The notes: generated by a model not told the origin, from the sequence alone. Shown: positions 1-14,416, counted from the first letter of the stretch. The stretch is 64,000 bases of DNA from Octopus sinensis (GCF_006345805.1 NC_043000.1:70122001-70186000), one strand, 5' to 3'. Translations and numbers: made by a program.

Positions 1-150
1 CTAGAATAATACTCTGTGAAACGCTAAGAATATGGCGCCATAGACATAACACCAACTTCAACTAACTTGTTGTCTCTTGAGGTCTCTGGGTGAGACAAGT
101 TGACTCCAAGTCAACTTGTACAGCTACAATGCCAAAGCCAAACAAATAAT
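1..150 (+). mobile_element. 3' terminus of R4/Dong-like LINE (family A)
   Basis: Matches 2176-2321 (TTGTTGTCTCTTGAGGTCTCTG.GTGAGAC...AGTCAACTTGTAC), which lies downstream of a restriction-like endonuclease (REL) coding fragment. Contains an 11-bp hairpin at 95-119. Confidence 0.75.
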
Positions 151-151
151 A

Positions 152-154
152 GTA

Positions 155-222
<68 letters not shown>
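152..222. repeat. (ATT)n microsatellite between two tail-to-tail Dong 3' ends
   Basis: Directly visible in the sequence. Confidence 0.97.
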
Positions 223-223
<1 letters not shown>

Positions 224-1452
224 TACTTTTAATCTGCTTGTTTGTTACAATCAGTCCTCGACACACACACAGCATCCTAGGACGAGTGAAGGATAAGAGA
301 TATTACAATATGACTGAAAGCTTAGGGAAGGCGAGTGATATTTATATTCGTTCGGTGTCGGCACAGGACATCCCGCGACGTATTTTTCCTTCGTAGTAGC
401 ATGTTGTATACCGTCTCCTTCGTTTATCCCCAGGTATTTACAGCTTCCTTGTGGGTCAAGCTCTTTGATGGTAGCATTGGTATCTGATTTCCTCTTACAA
501 AAATTGCTTTAGCACACTTATCAAGGCCAAAGTCCATCCCAATGTCATTGCTAAACTCGTTAACAATTATTAACAGCTCTACTAGCTCTTCGTCATTTCT
601 AGCAAACAGCTTCAGATCGTCCATATAAAACAGATGATTTACTTTCATATTATACATATTTGAACCCATACCTGGTGTTACTCAGTTTGTTTGAGAGTGA
701 GATTAGTGCCATGCAAAAGAGTAATGGGGAGAGGGAATCACTTTGAAAGATGCCACGTTTCATATTGATGGTGTTAGATTGGCTCATCCCATTACAATGG
801 ACATGTATTAGACTTGGGCATGCTACAGGAGAGTTCTTATATATCTCAAGAGCCTTGAGTAGCCAATTATGCTGGAAACTATCAAACGCTTGTCTATCCA
901 TGAAAAACTCAGGTTCTTTTTTGCTCTGGCAATCATTTTATCTATGAGTAATTGATCTTTGCATCTATAAGTATTCTTTTTACAACCTTTTTGAACTTGA
1001 GAAAGGATAGAATGCTGTTCAAGGAAAGTGTGTATCCTTTTAGTTAGAATGGATTTGAGGATCTTGAGACACGTTATTGGAGGGTAGTTCTTTGGATTCT
1101 TTGTGTCTTCTGCTTTTTTGTAGAAGGTATGTTGTTCCTTCGGTCAACCACACGGGTATTTGCTCTGGGTTATGGGTGACATCAGTCAGGAATGGAGCAA
1201 ACTTTTGGTGTGCTTCTGTGAAACAGTTCAGCCGGAAGTTAGGAATCCGGTCCAGCCCTGGGGTTCTCCATTTGTGAGACTTTCTAAGAACACATCTTAG
1301 ATCCTCTGCTCCTATTGCCTCCCATTTCTACTCAACTTCATCCAGTCTCGCTTTCTCACGTTCTACCTTGCGAGCTTCAGCTTTACATTACTTTTGTTGC
1401 TCTATATCTTCCTCCAAAACTCTTCCATTTCTCAGACTTAGGTGGCTCCTAA
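223..1452 (-). mobile_element. R4/Dong-like LINE fragment (family B), RT, internally deleted and 5'-truncated
   Basis: ORFs 424-669 (NHLFYMDDLKLFARN...FGLDKC) and 650-901 (KRGIFQSDSLSPLLFCMAL). 223-330 is the reverse complement of the 3' UTR at 5830-5940, and 950-1450 matches 3375-3930. Confidence 0.88.
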
Positions 1453-1454
1453 GG

Positions 1455-1814
1455 GAGCAGACGTAGAGGGGAGATCATCATAGCCATGTGTTGAAAAGAA
1501 TTCTATGAGTTTGAATAATTCACCTCTGGAAACATGGGTGTGTCGTTCATCATCTTTAAACAACCCATATTCAGGGACCTTTTGAGTGGGATGGACTACT
1601 CAACCTGAAGAAATTCTTAACTGGGCCTCACCTGCAAGGTCATGTGCTGCTTATCTTGATCCAAGATCACAATATCGTGCGCATATGGTTGTGATGCATA
1701 TATATGGTGCACATATGTTGCACCCTTATTAGATGGGTATTCATAATGGGTATATTGGGCTTCGTCTATTTGCACCCCAGTGTCACTTTGATGGCATGCA
1801 CTGCTCTCTCATTC
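1455..1814 (+). mobile_element. Distal 3' UTR of Dong family C, 5'-truncated (copy 1)
   Basis: Homologous to 13907-14294, 22881-23434 and 19699-20240 (reverse complement). Ends CACTGCTCTCTCATTC-AATAAT. Confidence 0.85.
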
Positions 1815-1831
1815 AATAATAATACTAATAT

Positions 1832-2320
1832 AAATATAAAGATCTTGAAGCAGAAATTGGTAAAATGTGGAACCTGAAAACTAGAACACTACCTGTTGTC
1901 ATAGGTACTCTAGGAATGATAGCAAAAGTGGCTGATTGTTCCATATCTCAAATACCAGAAAATCCAAAAATGGAAGAAATTCAAAAACTAGTGCTCATGG
2001 GAACTACTCATATTATAAAAGAAATATTGTTTGTGTAGTTCCCAAACCATTTTAATATGTGAACATTATCAAAAGTACTCTCTTAAATGTACATGTCATC
2101 TTAAGATCACACTATCATCTTATCATCAAATTACTTTTAAAAGAAACTTTTAATTTTCTTGGTTTGACAGACCACTCTAGAACAAAATTCTGTGCCAAAC
2201 CCTAGTCATAACAATATGGTACCCTAGTCATAACACCGACTTGAACTTGTTGTCTCTTGAGGTCTCTGAGTGAGACTTGGAGTCAACTTGTACAAATACA
2301 ACAGACAAACATATAATTAA

Positions 2321-2321
<1 letters not shown>
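1832..2321 (+). mobile_element. 5'-truncated Dong family A: REL C-terminus plus 3' UTR
   Basis: Translates KYKDLEAEIGKMWNLKTRTLPVVIGTLGMIAK...EIQKLVLMGTTHII. Flanked by AATAAT upstream and (TAA)n downstream. Confidence 0.85.
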
Positions 2322-2409
<88 letters not shown>

Positions 2410-2437
2410 TGATGATGATGATGATGATAATAATAAT
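2322..2437. repeat. (TAA)n/(TGA)n microsatellite
   Basis: Directly visible in the sequence. Confidence 0.97.
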
Positions 2438-3002
2438 AAGGAAGGGAGCACCAGGCTACATAACAACATGGGCGTACACTAAGAAGCTCTCTCCACAAGA
2501 CAAACTTAATTCAATAATATCAGTGCAATGGAAAGAAAACTTCGCAATAAAACTATTTTAAAAGTTCTATGAAAGCAAAGGAACTAAAAAGTTGGAGAGT
2601 TATATAAAGTGTAGTTTCTTTCTTAAATGCGCGATATCTCAATGTGACATACGCAAGTCGAAACCACCACAGGAACCCTGAAAAAACACATCAATTACAC
2701 CATAAGTACGTAAATTGAATAACTACCTATACATGCAACTGTTCATGCATACATGTGCACATTTTAATATTTATAAGCAACATAAATGATGCCTATACGA
2801 CACACACGTACACTTATACACACAAAATAAACATTTGCCACGAGCGGCGCAAAACCAAGCAAAAACAAGCTACTTTCCACAAACGAATATAAAAATGAGC
2901 AAATTAGTCATTCAGTTTTAAACATCACTAATCAGTTATGCCCGGAAACATAGCTACCCACAAAATAAAATAGAGGCGATTTCTGATCTATCAGCCTACG
3001 TT

Positions 3003-5940
3003 ATGACAAACATTCGAAGAACAAGAAAGCGGTGTCATGTTAAAAAGTCAACCCTGAACACCAAAATCGATATGACAGAATTTGAGGTGAATAATAAAGA
3101 GATCATAGAAGCAAAAGAAGATATTATGATACAACTCAGCAAGACTGAGTTTACTGGCATGATTAAGCTAGAAAGAATCAAGCAAAAATATGAAATCAAA
3201 GACTTTATAAAGCGCCCTGCAACAAAGGAACTATTGAAACAGCGAATACAGCTGAAGGCCCAACGGCACAGAAGGTAAGATTAAAAAAATCAAATTTTGT
3301 CGACAAAACAAGGTATTCAAGAAGGATGCAAAGAAATTCTATAGGGAAATTGGCAAAAGTAAAATAGGAGTAAAGGAGCCACCTAAGACTGAGGAATTGA
3401 AAGAGTTCTGGAGGAAGATATGGAGCAACAAAAAATAACATAATGCTGAAGCTGACTGGATAGATCGTGAGAAAGTGAAACTGGATGAAGTTGAAGAGCA
3501 GAAATGGGAGGCAATAGGAATAGAAGATCTAAGACGGGTTCTTAGAATGTCTCACAAATGAGACTGGACCGGATTCCTAATTTCTGGCTGGATTGTTTGA
3601 TAGAATTACACCAAAATTCCGCTGCATCTCTAACTCATGTCATCCAGAACCCAGAGCAAATACCTGCCTGTCTGATTGAAGGAACAACATACCTTCTACC
3701 AAAAACTGAAGACACAAAATATCCAGACTACCCACCAATAACATGTCTCAATACCACCTACAAGATCCTCACATCAATACTAACTGAAAGAATATACGCT
3801 TTCCTTGAACAGAAGTCTATTGTTCAACAAGCTGAAAGAGGTAAAGGAAATTCTTATGGTTGCAAAGATCAATTACTCATAAATAAAATGTGATTGTAGA
3901 GAATTTCCGGAGGAAAAAGAAGAACCTGAGTATGGCATGGATAGACTACAGGAAAGCGTTTGCTAATGTCTCACATAATTGGCTATTCAAGGCCCTTGAG
4001 ATATATAAGATCTTTCCTGTAGACTCCACATTCTTACAAGGTATCATGGTCAAGTGGAACACACGTCTCCTTCTAAACCATAGTAAGGGGATGAGCCAAT
4101 CCAGCAACATCAACATCAAACGTGGCACCTTTCAAGATGTCCCCCTCTTTCCATTACTCTTTTACATGGCACTAATCCCACTCTCAAACGAACTGACTAT
4201 CACCAGGTATGGGCACAATGTTTATAATACTACAATAAACCATCTGTTTTATATGGACGATTCGGAGTTGTTTGCCAGAAATAACGAAGAGCTAGTAGGG
4301 CTGCTAATAACTGTTAAAGAGTTTAGCAATGACATCGGGATGAGTTTTGGCCTCGATAAGTGTTCTAAAGCAACTTTTGTAAGAGACAAGCTCAGACAAA
4401 TAGCTTTCATTAAATTAGATACCAATGCTACTATCAAGGAACTTGGTTCACAAGAAAGTTATAAATACTTAGGGATAAAGGAATGAGACGGTATACAACA
4501 CAATACCATGAAAGAAAAAATATGAAAAGAGTACTACAGAATAAGACACATACTAAAAACTGAACTCAACTCCAAAAATCACGTCAGAACCATTAACACA
4601 ACGGCACTTCCAGTAATTCAATATAGTTTTAACCTACAGCGCTCTAACTCCTGGACGGGAAGACAAGAAAACTACTAACATTTAAGAACATGCATCAGCC
4701 AAAGCAGACGTTGATCGTTTGTACCTACCTGGAAGTAAGGGTGGGAGAGGAATGATGCAAGTAGAATTGAGCTATAAGACATCCACAAAAGCAATGAACA
4801 GGTACTTATCTAGTACAGAGGATTGGATGCTGAGGCTTGTGTGCAAACATGAAAGCAGCAAAAAATCACGTTCTATTGTCAAGGAAGCTTGCAAAATCGC
4901 AAAGGAACTTAGCATTCACCCTGAATTAGAAGAACCTGAAACCACTGCTACCAAACGAGCAAAGTGGATCAAGCAGATTGCAAAACATAACAGGCAGAAA
5001 CAAATTGACGAGGGTGGAGCCAGAAGCCTCTGATTGGACAGTATATACTTCGAAGCCGAAATACTGATGTAGACCAAGTAGCAACTCATCAGTTGTTGAG
5101 AAGTTCAAGAGTGAAAGCAGAGACTGAGGGTTTCATAATTGCGACACAAGATCAAAGTTTGCTTATCAAAAACTACCAGGCTAACGTTCTTCAAAACGGT
5201 TCTGACTCTAAATGCAGATTCTGCGACACATTTGGTGAAACAATAGACCATCTCGTCTCTGGATGCCTTATGATGACACCAAACGAATACAAAAATCGCC
5301 ATGATAGGGTAGGACAGTATTTACATTGTAAGATATGTAAACAGTACAAAATCAACATTCCTGCTTACTAGTAATGAACATCATCTTGAGCCATTTGTTG
5401 AAGATAAAAATGTCACTATCCTCTGGGATTTTCCAGTCAACACCGACAGAACGATCCAGGGTAATCGACCAGACATAGTCAGTAAAGACGGTGAAAAAAA
5501 TGCTTGTAGACAAATGGATGTAAGTGTTCCCACTGATAAAAAAATATATATATAAAAGAATTTGATAAATTAATAAAATATAAGGACTAGGAAATTAAAA
5601 TACAAAAGATGTGGCATCTAAAAGTGAAAACTGTTCCTGTTATTATGGGTTCCCTATGTATGATAAAAAAAGGTTGTCAGAAACATCTAGATAACATCCT
5701 AAGGATGTCTCAGGAAAATCCAAAAGATTGTGCTGACAAGTACTGCCCGCATCCTTAGAAAAGCCTTATCAATTTAAACGTCCGTATTGTGTTACATGAA
5801 GATATTTTGCTACTGCTCCTGCCACTCGCCCTCCCCAAGCGTTCAATCATATTCTAACATCTCTTATCATTCACTCGCCCTAGGACGCTGGGTGTGTCTC
5901 GGTGAGTGATTGTAACAAACATGCAAATTAAAATTAAATG
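3003..5940 (+). mobile_element. R4/Dong-clade non-LTR retrotransposon (family B), most of the ORF, frameshifted, with 3' UTR
   Basis: RT motifs PPITCLNTTYKILT, WIDYRKAF, NHLFYMDD, YKYLG. Zinc-knuckle region CRFCDTFGETIDHLVSGC...RHDRVGQYLH. REL motifs LWDFPVNTDRTIQ.NRPDI at about 5420-5480. Followed by (TAA)n. Confidence 0.92.
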
Positions 5941-6028
<88 letters not shown>

Positions 6029-6039
6029 TAATAATAATA

Positions 6040-6084
<45 letters not shown>
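5941..6084. repeat. (TAA)n microsatellite
   Basis: Directly visible. It separates a Dong 3' end from a 5'-truncated Dong start. Confidence 0.97.
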
Positions 6085-6933
6085 GCATGAAATTTGGCCT
6101 AGAAAAATGTGCCACAGCAACATTGAAAAGAGGAAAACTAATTAACAGAAGCAACATCACAGTAGATAAGCAAACGGAATGCGAGAATTAGATCAAAGCC
6201 AGACATACAAATACTTAGGAAGCAATCAACTAGATACGATACAACACACACAAATGAAAGAGAAAATAAAAAAGAATACTATAGACGAGTTATATTAATA
6301 CTGAAAACAGAGCTCAAATGCTCTGTGAGAAAATATGGAAAATTGTTTACGTATCTTAGCATAACTTGCTTTTAATGAAAATAGCTATGTCTATTCTCAT
6401 AGTAATTAACAATGTTCTTACCGAAATGGTTATATATACGTTGCATATATAACCTTTCTATGTCAGATTTTGGGTAGTGCATCCTAAATACTGTCATTAT
6501 AATTCTTGTTTTCCTGTCTATCTTGATTAGTTCATTTAGTGTCCAGTTAAAGATATTGTAGCTGTAATTTTGTAGCCGTCCCAGTTAACATATGTTAACT
6601 GGGACGGCTAGAGTGTTGATACCTATTATCTTATTTTTCACATTTAGCTCTGTGTACAAGCACTACAAAATTACAGCTACAATATCTTTAACTGGACATT
6701 AAATGAACTAATAAAAATAGACAGAAAAACAAGAAATATAATGACAGGATTTAGGATGCACCACCCAAAATCTGACATAGAAAGGTTATATATACAACGT
6801 ATATACGACGTATATATAACCATTTCGGTAAGAACATTGTTAATCACTATGAGAATAGACATGGCTATTTTCATTAAAGACAAGTTATGCTAAGATATGT
6901 TAACATTTTTCCATATTTTCTCACAGAGCATTT
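6085..6933 (+). mobile_element. Dong RT fragment rearranged into a fold-back
   Basis: MKFGLEKCATATLKRGK...YKYLG at 6088-6220 and YSYNIFNWTLNELIKIDRKTRNIMTGFRMHHPKSDIERLYIQR at 6672-6800. Inverted arms at 6316-6575 and 6663-6933. Confidence 0.85.
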
Positions 6934-7034
6934 AGTAACCTCGAAGATTTCAGTTAACCTTAACTTACTTGTTAGCCTTAAACCTCCTTATTACACCTAA
7001 TTACTTCTATGCGTCTTTCAATTAACGAACCAGA

Positions 7035-7223
7035 AATTTTGAGAGCAATTGGAAGTCGATTATGTCGATCCCAATACTCAGTTGGTATTTATTTTATCGA
7101 CCCCGAAAGGACAAAAGGCGAAGTCGACCTCAGCGGTGTTTGAACCCATAGCGTAAAAACGGAAGAAATGCCACCAAGCATTTTAGTTCCCGCGTGCTGG
7201 TGATTCTACCAGCTCACCACCTT
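7035..7223 (-). mobile_element. tRNA-derived SINE, family 1 (diverged)
   Basis: Reverse complement begins AAGGTGGTGAGCTGGTAG and has a B-box-like GGTTCAAAC and the core GAGGTCGACTT.GCCTTT..TCCTTTCGGGGTCGAT. Confidence 0.8.
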
Positions 7224-7419
7224 AGAAAAATATGGGACGCTTCGCAAATTTGCGGTGTCATCCTCGTGCAGGGGCCATGCTATTCTTCTCTGTATCTTTC
7301 CAATTTTAGTATATGCATTGCCGAAGCAATACAAAATAAGCCGATACAATTTGAAAATATAAACGATATACCAAGAACTACAATGTTACACACAGTCTAA
7401 AAATAGCCCTTTAACGATC

Positions 7420-10020
7420 AGACCAAAACCTTGAGATAATAGAAACAAGACGAAGTTCCTATAGAATCATTCCCAATCCAAGTGTCTGGGACAGCACATC
7501 AACAAGGCAAAGAGTAGGATGAAGAAACACTAACATACATGTAAAAACATCGAGAAGCAGAAAGCGGTCAAAGAAATTCCTCAAACCAACGATCTTTATC
7601 GCTTAAAATCAAGAAACAAGAGACAGGCCAAGAAAACTATCAAACTTGGCTTTACACAAAGTCAATGTCATAATGAAGAGATATCAACGGAAATCAATCA
7701 ATTTAACAGAAATCAGATAATTGATATATGCTAACAATGAGTGAAATATCCAGGAAAAAGTCACAAAGAAAAAGAAAACAACCAAAATGAAAGGCTAAGA
7801 TAGAGAAATAGATGAAAAGACTGCGTGAAGACTCATCTTTCTTGAGTGAAATAGAAGAATGGAAAAATATCAAAAATACAGAGAGAGAACAACTAGAGAG
7901 ATGACTCAACATCAGATAGTCGACTGATAGATTATCAGTAATAGAAATACTCATATAAAAGATCCAAGCAACAACACACAGATTGATGAGATATGAGAAA
8001 AGAAGTGACTTCTTTAGATAGAATAAAACCTTCAGAGAATATACAAATATATGGCGGAAAAAAGAAAATAGAAATCAACGAACAAAATTGTAGTTGAAAT
8101 TTCTGGAGCAAAATTGTGTAAAGTGACAAGAACTACAAAATGGAAATATCTTGAATACAAAAACAGAGGGGGTCAAAAGAGAGCATAGCTAACTATGGAT
8201 GCTCATATGACTGAAACCACAAGTGCCATAAAAAACACTAGTATCCAGAAGTTACCTGAACTTGATGGGTCGGCGGATTTCTGGACAAAATATCTTTTCA
8301 GCACCAACTAAGACGGAACCAATGCGTCCAACCATGCCGTAAAAGATTCAGATGATAATCCAAGCAGGCTAGCCCAAGATTTATCTTACCAGATCTTATC
8401 ACCGAGATGATATACACCCTTTTAATCATCAATAACTTCCTACCAGTAGTTGAGAAATATAGAAGTGGAAGTTATAGGTGCAAAAACCAGTTGCATAAAT
8501 AAATAAATAAATGCATCTTCATAACCAGTTGCATAAATAAATAAACCAGTTGCATAGATAAATAAATGCATCTTCATAACCAAATCAAGAAAGAAACTTA
8601 CCAGCAGCCTGAGTTGACTACAAAAGAAATGCCTAAAATAGTGAAGGTCGTTGAAATTTGTAAAATTTGACCTATAACCACCATTTTCAAAAAAGAGAGG
8701 GTGAACATTTGGTAAACAACACAAGCTAGGATCATCAACTTTAAAATCCACCGGCATCAGCAGAATTTTTTTTAGGGATGCGTGAACACCACTCAGCACT
8801 TCACTCAATAACATTTCCGGCAAGTATGAAACGGAAAACAGCAAATTGAAACAGCAATTTGTTTCATATGGACGACCTGGAATGATAACAAGTTGGCCTA
8901 TTAACAATTATGAAGAGCTTCCGTGATGATTTTAAAGTGAAGTTCAGATAAGATATGCTAAATTTACATTCAAGCAAGTTACTGTAATGCCACCGAAATC
9001 AAGGAACTTAGTTAAGAAAGCACACATGAATACCTAAAAGTTAATGAAGATGATATGCAATACTCTGCTGCGAAAGAGAGAATACGAAAAGAGTATTAGA
9101 GGGGAATAAGAATAATACTAAAGACTGAACTAAATGCATCGATACACTTGTTATGGTTGATACCAAAACAAGGAAAATGCTGACCAAGCCAAAATGTACC
9201 ATACAAAGGCAGATGTTGACAGATCTTACTTATGAAAAGCAGAGATAAGTAGAGGTTTTGTGTAACTCAAACTAAACTACAAAACCACCACCTACCTCTC
9301 AACATCAGAAGACCCGTCTCACCACCACTTTTGGAAATTGTCAAGCATGATGAAAACAGTAACAAGATCTATTCAGTCATGAAAGAGACAAAAATATTCT
9401 CCCAAGAACCGAATGTTTTTAAATTAGCACAAACTAAAAAATAAAATGAACATATTTATCGCTACAAAATAGTACTATAACTGTACTGGAAAAGCTACGG
9501 GAAACACAACATCAAAATCTCTGAAAACTTTTATCATCATAAACGTAAACAGTTGCCTAGAATGATAAAGTTATCATCCTATGGGACACAGCGGTGCAGA
9601 AAGATTGGAAAATCAACGAAAACAAATGAACAAATGAATATAACTTCACAATGAATAATTTCAAACATAAAACCCACATGGTGATTGATATAACGATACC
9701 AGAAAAGTGTAACATCGCGGTTAAGTTCATAGAAAGACTGACTATATATAACATCGATAATGAGATCTGAAGAAGGTGGGACATGACCAGTCATCCATAA
9801 CAGCAGAGATCGAATGACTTGGGTTGATTAAAAAGGGAGTGGGAAATTTCTCAAACAGAATCCCAGGAAATATCACCCAACAAGAACTAAAAATATCAAC
9901 CTGCTTAGGAAGAGCATAAGTACGCGGGAGGGTGCAATCCTCGAAGTACGACGTCTTCCTTGTCTAGCCTCAGGACAATAGTTTGAACTCGATGATACAA
10001 AATAGAAACAAGAGCCTCAA
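7420..10020 (+). mobile_element. Old, heavily decayed R4/Dong-like LINE
   Basis: Residual motifs LFHMDDL (about 8862) and PKADVDR (about 9205), with REL-region-like remnants at 9560-9950. Many stop codons. Confidence 0.6.
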
Positions 10021-10030
10021 AGATAATTAT

Positions 10031-10220
10031 TCTTATTTCTTATTTTTTATTGCCCACAATGGGCTAAACATAGAGGGGACAAACAAGAACAGACATAAGG
10101 ATTAAGTCGATTATATCGACCCCATGCGTAACTGGTACTTATTTAATTGACCCAGAAAGGATGAAAGGCAAAGTCGACCTCGGCGGAATTTGAACTCAGA
10201 ACGTAATGGCAGACGAAACA
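10031..10220 (-). mobile_element. SINE family 1, 5'-truncated
   Basis: Near-duplicate of 10223-10400 (GTCGATTATATCGACCC...AAAGTCGACCTCGGCGGAATTTGAACTCAG). Confidence 0.85.
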
Positions 10221-10222
10221 AT

Positions 10223-10455
10223 TATTTCTTTACTACCCGCAAGGGGCTAAACACAGAGAAGACAAACAAGGACAGACAAACGGATTAAGTCGATTATATC
10301 GACCCCAGTACGTAACTGGTACTTATTTAATCGACCCCGAAAGGATGAAAGGCAAAGTCGACCTCGGCGGAATTTGAACTCAGAAAGTAACGGCAGACGA
10401 AATATTGTTAAGCACTTCGCCCGGCGTGCTAACGTTTCTGCCAGCTCGCCGCCTT
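10223..10455 (-). mobile_element. SINE family 1, full length
   Basis: Reverse complement AAGGCGGCGAGCTGGCAGAAACGTTAGCACG (A box) ... GAGTTCAAATTCC (B box) ... core ... tail. Confidence 0.9.
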
Positions 10456-10553
10456 ATTACTGTTAATGTTGTTGTTGTTGTTGTCACTATCACCATCCTC
10501 GTAATCATCATCGTCGTGGTCATTGTCGTTGTTGTTGTTGTTGCTGTTGTTGT

Positions 10554-10757
10554 AAGGTGGCAAACTGGCAAAATCATTAATACGCCAGGAAAATGCTTTC
10601 GTCCGTCTTTACGTCCTGAGTTCAAGCTCCTCCGAGGTCGACTTTGCCTTTTGTCCTTTCGGAGTCAATAAAATAAGTACCATTCAAGCACCCGAGTCGA
10701 TGTAAACGACTTACCCGCTTCCCCGACTTTGCTGTCCTTGTGCCAAAATTTGAAACC
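10554..10757 (+). mobile_element. SINE family 1 (variant tail)
   Basis: AAGGTGGCAAACTGGCA...GAGTTCAAGCTCC...GAGGTCGACTTTGCCTTT. Confidence 0.8.
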
Positions 10758-10824
10758 ATTATTATTAATATTATTATTATTTCTTTTTCTCACCATGAAA
10801 GCAACGGACGGAGAAATACATAAT

Positions 10825-10825
10825 G

Positions 10826-10889
<64 letters not shown>

Positions 10890-10926
10890 CAACAACAACA
10901 ACAACAGCAATAACAATAACAATAGC

Positions 10927-10982
<56 letters not shown>

Positions 10983-11000
10983 TGATGATAATAATAGTAA
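10825..11000. repeat. (AAT)n/(AAC)n microsatellite
   Basis: Directly visible in the sequence. Confidence 0.97.
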
Positions 11001-11180
11001 TAAAGGCAAAATAGTGTTGTCTAATGGTGTAGGGCTACACAACGGCGAGAAAATCAAGGATGTTGAGATGAATGGATATAAGTAACTAGGTATTTTGGAC
11101 TAAAACAAAATCAAGGAGAGTGAGATGAAGGAAATCTTTTAGCGAGAATATCTTAGAAGAACCAAATTAATTATGAAGAG
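11001..11180 (+). mobile_element. Short Dong RT fragment
   Basis: KGKIVLSNGVGLHNGEKIKDVEMNGYK*LGILD...[12 protein letters not shown], starting immediately after (TAA)n. Confidence 0.65.
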
Positions 11181-11230
11181 TATACACACACAGACACACA
11201 TACACACACTCATATATACGTATATATATA

Positions 11231-11273
<43 letters not shown>

Positions 11274-11286
11274 GTATATATATATG

Positions 11287-12230
<944 letters not shown>

Positions 12231-12332
12231 TATATATACATGTAGATGTAGGTACGTACATATATGTATGTATGCATATATTTTATTTTTTACACTATAT
12301 ATATATATATACATATATGTATACATATATAA

Positions 12333-12417
<85 letters not shown>

Positions 12418-13509
12418 CATATATGCATTATGTGTATGTGGATGTATGTGTATATAATGTACATCAATATATGTGTATATGCATATACGTAAATATAAGT
12501 ATGTATATGTATATTTTTTGATGTATGCGCTTTCCAGGTCTTATGGGTGGTTGTAAATCGGTAATAATAATGGTGAAAATACGAATAATATTAACAATTA
12601 CCCCGAAGCAATGAAGTTCGGAGTTTCTTACTTGACAACTCCTCTAGAGACGGTGTATCGATAAAATGTTTGGTGTTAGTGTCATATTAAAACATACCCC
12701 GATTCCATAAGATACCAAGTTGGCGTCTGCCAAGGTTAAGTCTGCCACACAAAGAGGAAGGCTAGTTCACGTCTGGTCGGCACACATTTTGGTGATGGTG
12801 TTTCGTTAAGAAAAGCATTAGTGGCTGCGTCACTTATCACTGTATTAATTCCAATTACATATGGAGTTTAAAAATAAACCAGACAGCATTAACCACGTAA
12901 ACAGAAATGAAACCTCATTCTGAAGCAAACAGTACTCGATCGTCATCCAGCAATGCTTCGTAGGACTTAGGATAAGCCCAGACGAAGCAAGAGCACTATA
13001 CAAGAGAATTGATCGAATGTCTTGAGACCTAAGAAGAAGGAAAGGTAGCGATGTCGGTGGAAACATACTGTCAAAACTTTAAAAACAAAAAGTAAACTTG
13101 AATTAATGGAAAATAAGTTAATAAACAAAGTACATGATCCAAAGAAGAGCTTGGTTAATATTAGTTGAAATAGAAATTATACTCGAAAAGAAACATTGAA
13201 AACTGGATCGATCTCGAGGAAAGGATCGATGAAGTGATTGTATAAATTGAAGAGTTAAATGAAAACAGCTTAAACTGTGTGAACAGCAATCATGTTTGCT
13301 TAAAAGTGGAAAATAGAGTCAATATAAATAATGACGATGGAATTAGCAATACTGAATATTTAATGAAAGCACATGCCAGTGACACAGCCATGGGAGAATT
13401 TGTAATACCTGAAGGTTTAGAAAACGAAATGCGAACTATTTTGCGACTATTAAATGAAAGACTAAATAATTCAGAAAATGTAAAACTATTAAATTCGAGA
13501 CATTTTAAC

Positions 13510-13587
<78 letters not shown>

Positions 13588-13588
<1 letters not shown>

Positions 13589-13780
13589 AGGCGGCGCTTG
13601 CAGAATTGTTAGCATACTGGACATATTGCTGAACGGCATTTATATCCGGGTCTTTACCTTGAGTTCAAATTTCTCTGAGTTCAAATTTCTCTGAGTTCAA
13701 ATTTCGATGAGATAGACTTTATCTTTCCTCATTTCCTAGTCGATAGAATATGCACCAGATGAGCACTGGAGTCGATGTAA
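13588..13780 (+). mobile_element. SINE family 1, diverged, with triplicated B-box segment
   Basis: AAGGCGGCGC start after (AGT)n, and TGAGTTCAAATTTC(TC) three times at 13660-13707. Confidence 0.7.
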
Positions 13781-13800
13781 TCTCCAGCTCACCGCCTTAC

Positions 13801-13879
<79 letters not shown>

Positions 13880-13906
13880 TAATAAAATAATAATAATAAT
13901 AATAAT

Positions 13907-14294
13907 ATGTCCCTTAGTGGCTGACGATATCTGCATCTCTGATCACGAGCAGAAGTAGTGGGGGAGCATCATAGCCATGTGTTGAGAGAGATTCCTTGGG
14001 GTTTGAATAATTCACCTTTGGAAACATGGGTGTTTCGTTCAACATCCTTAAACAACCCTTATTCAGGGACCTTTTGAGCGGGATGGGCTACTCGACCAGA
14101 AGAAAATTCTAACTGGACCCCACCTGCAAGGTCATGTGCTGTTTATCTTGATATGAGATCGCCATGTCGCGCACATATGGTTGTGATGCATGTGCCTAAT
14201 GTACCCTTATCAGACGGGTAGTCATGATGGGTATACAGGGTTTCGTATATTTTACCCCAGTGTCACTTTGATGGCATGCACTGCTCTCTCACTC
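13907..14294 (+). mobile_element. Distal 3' UTR of Dong family C, 5'-truncated (copy 2)
   Basis: (TAA)n on both sides. Ends CACTGCTCTCTCACTC-AATAAT. Confidence 0.88.
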
Positions 14295-14361
<67 letters not shown>

Positions 14362-14416
14362 TAATAATAATAATATAATATTATTATTATTATTATTATT
14401 ATATTATTATTATTAT

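Noticed and set aside
12720-12800. Possible HDV-like ribozyme upstream of a very decayed Dong-like N-terminus (about 12880-13500)
   Set aside because: I could not build the nested double pseudoknot by eye, and the downstream coding similarity is too weak to call.
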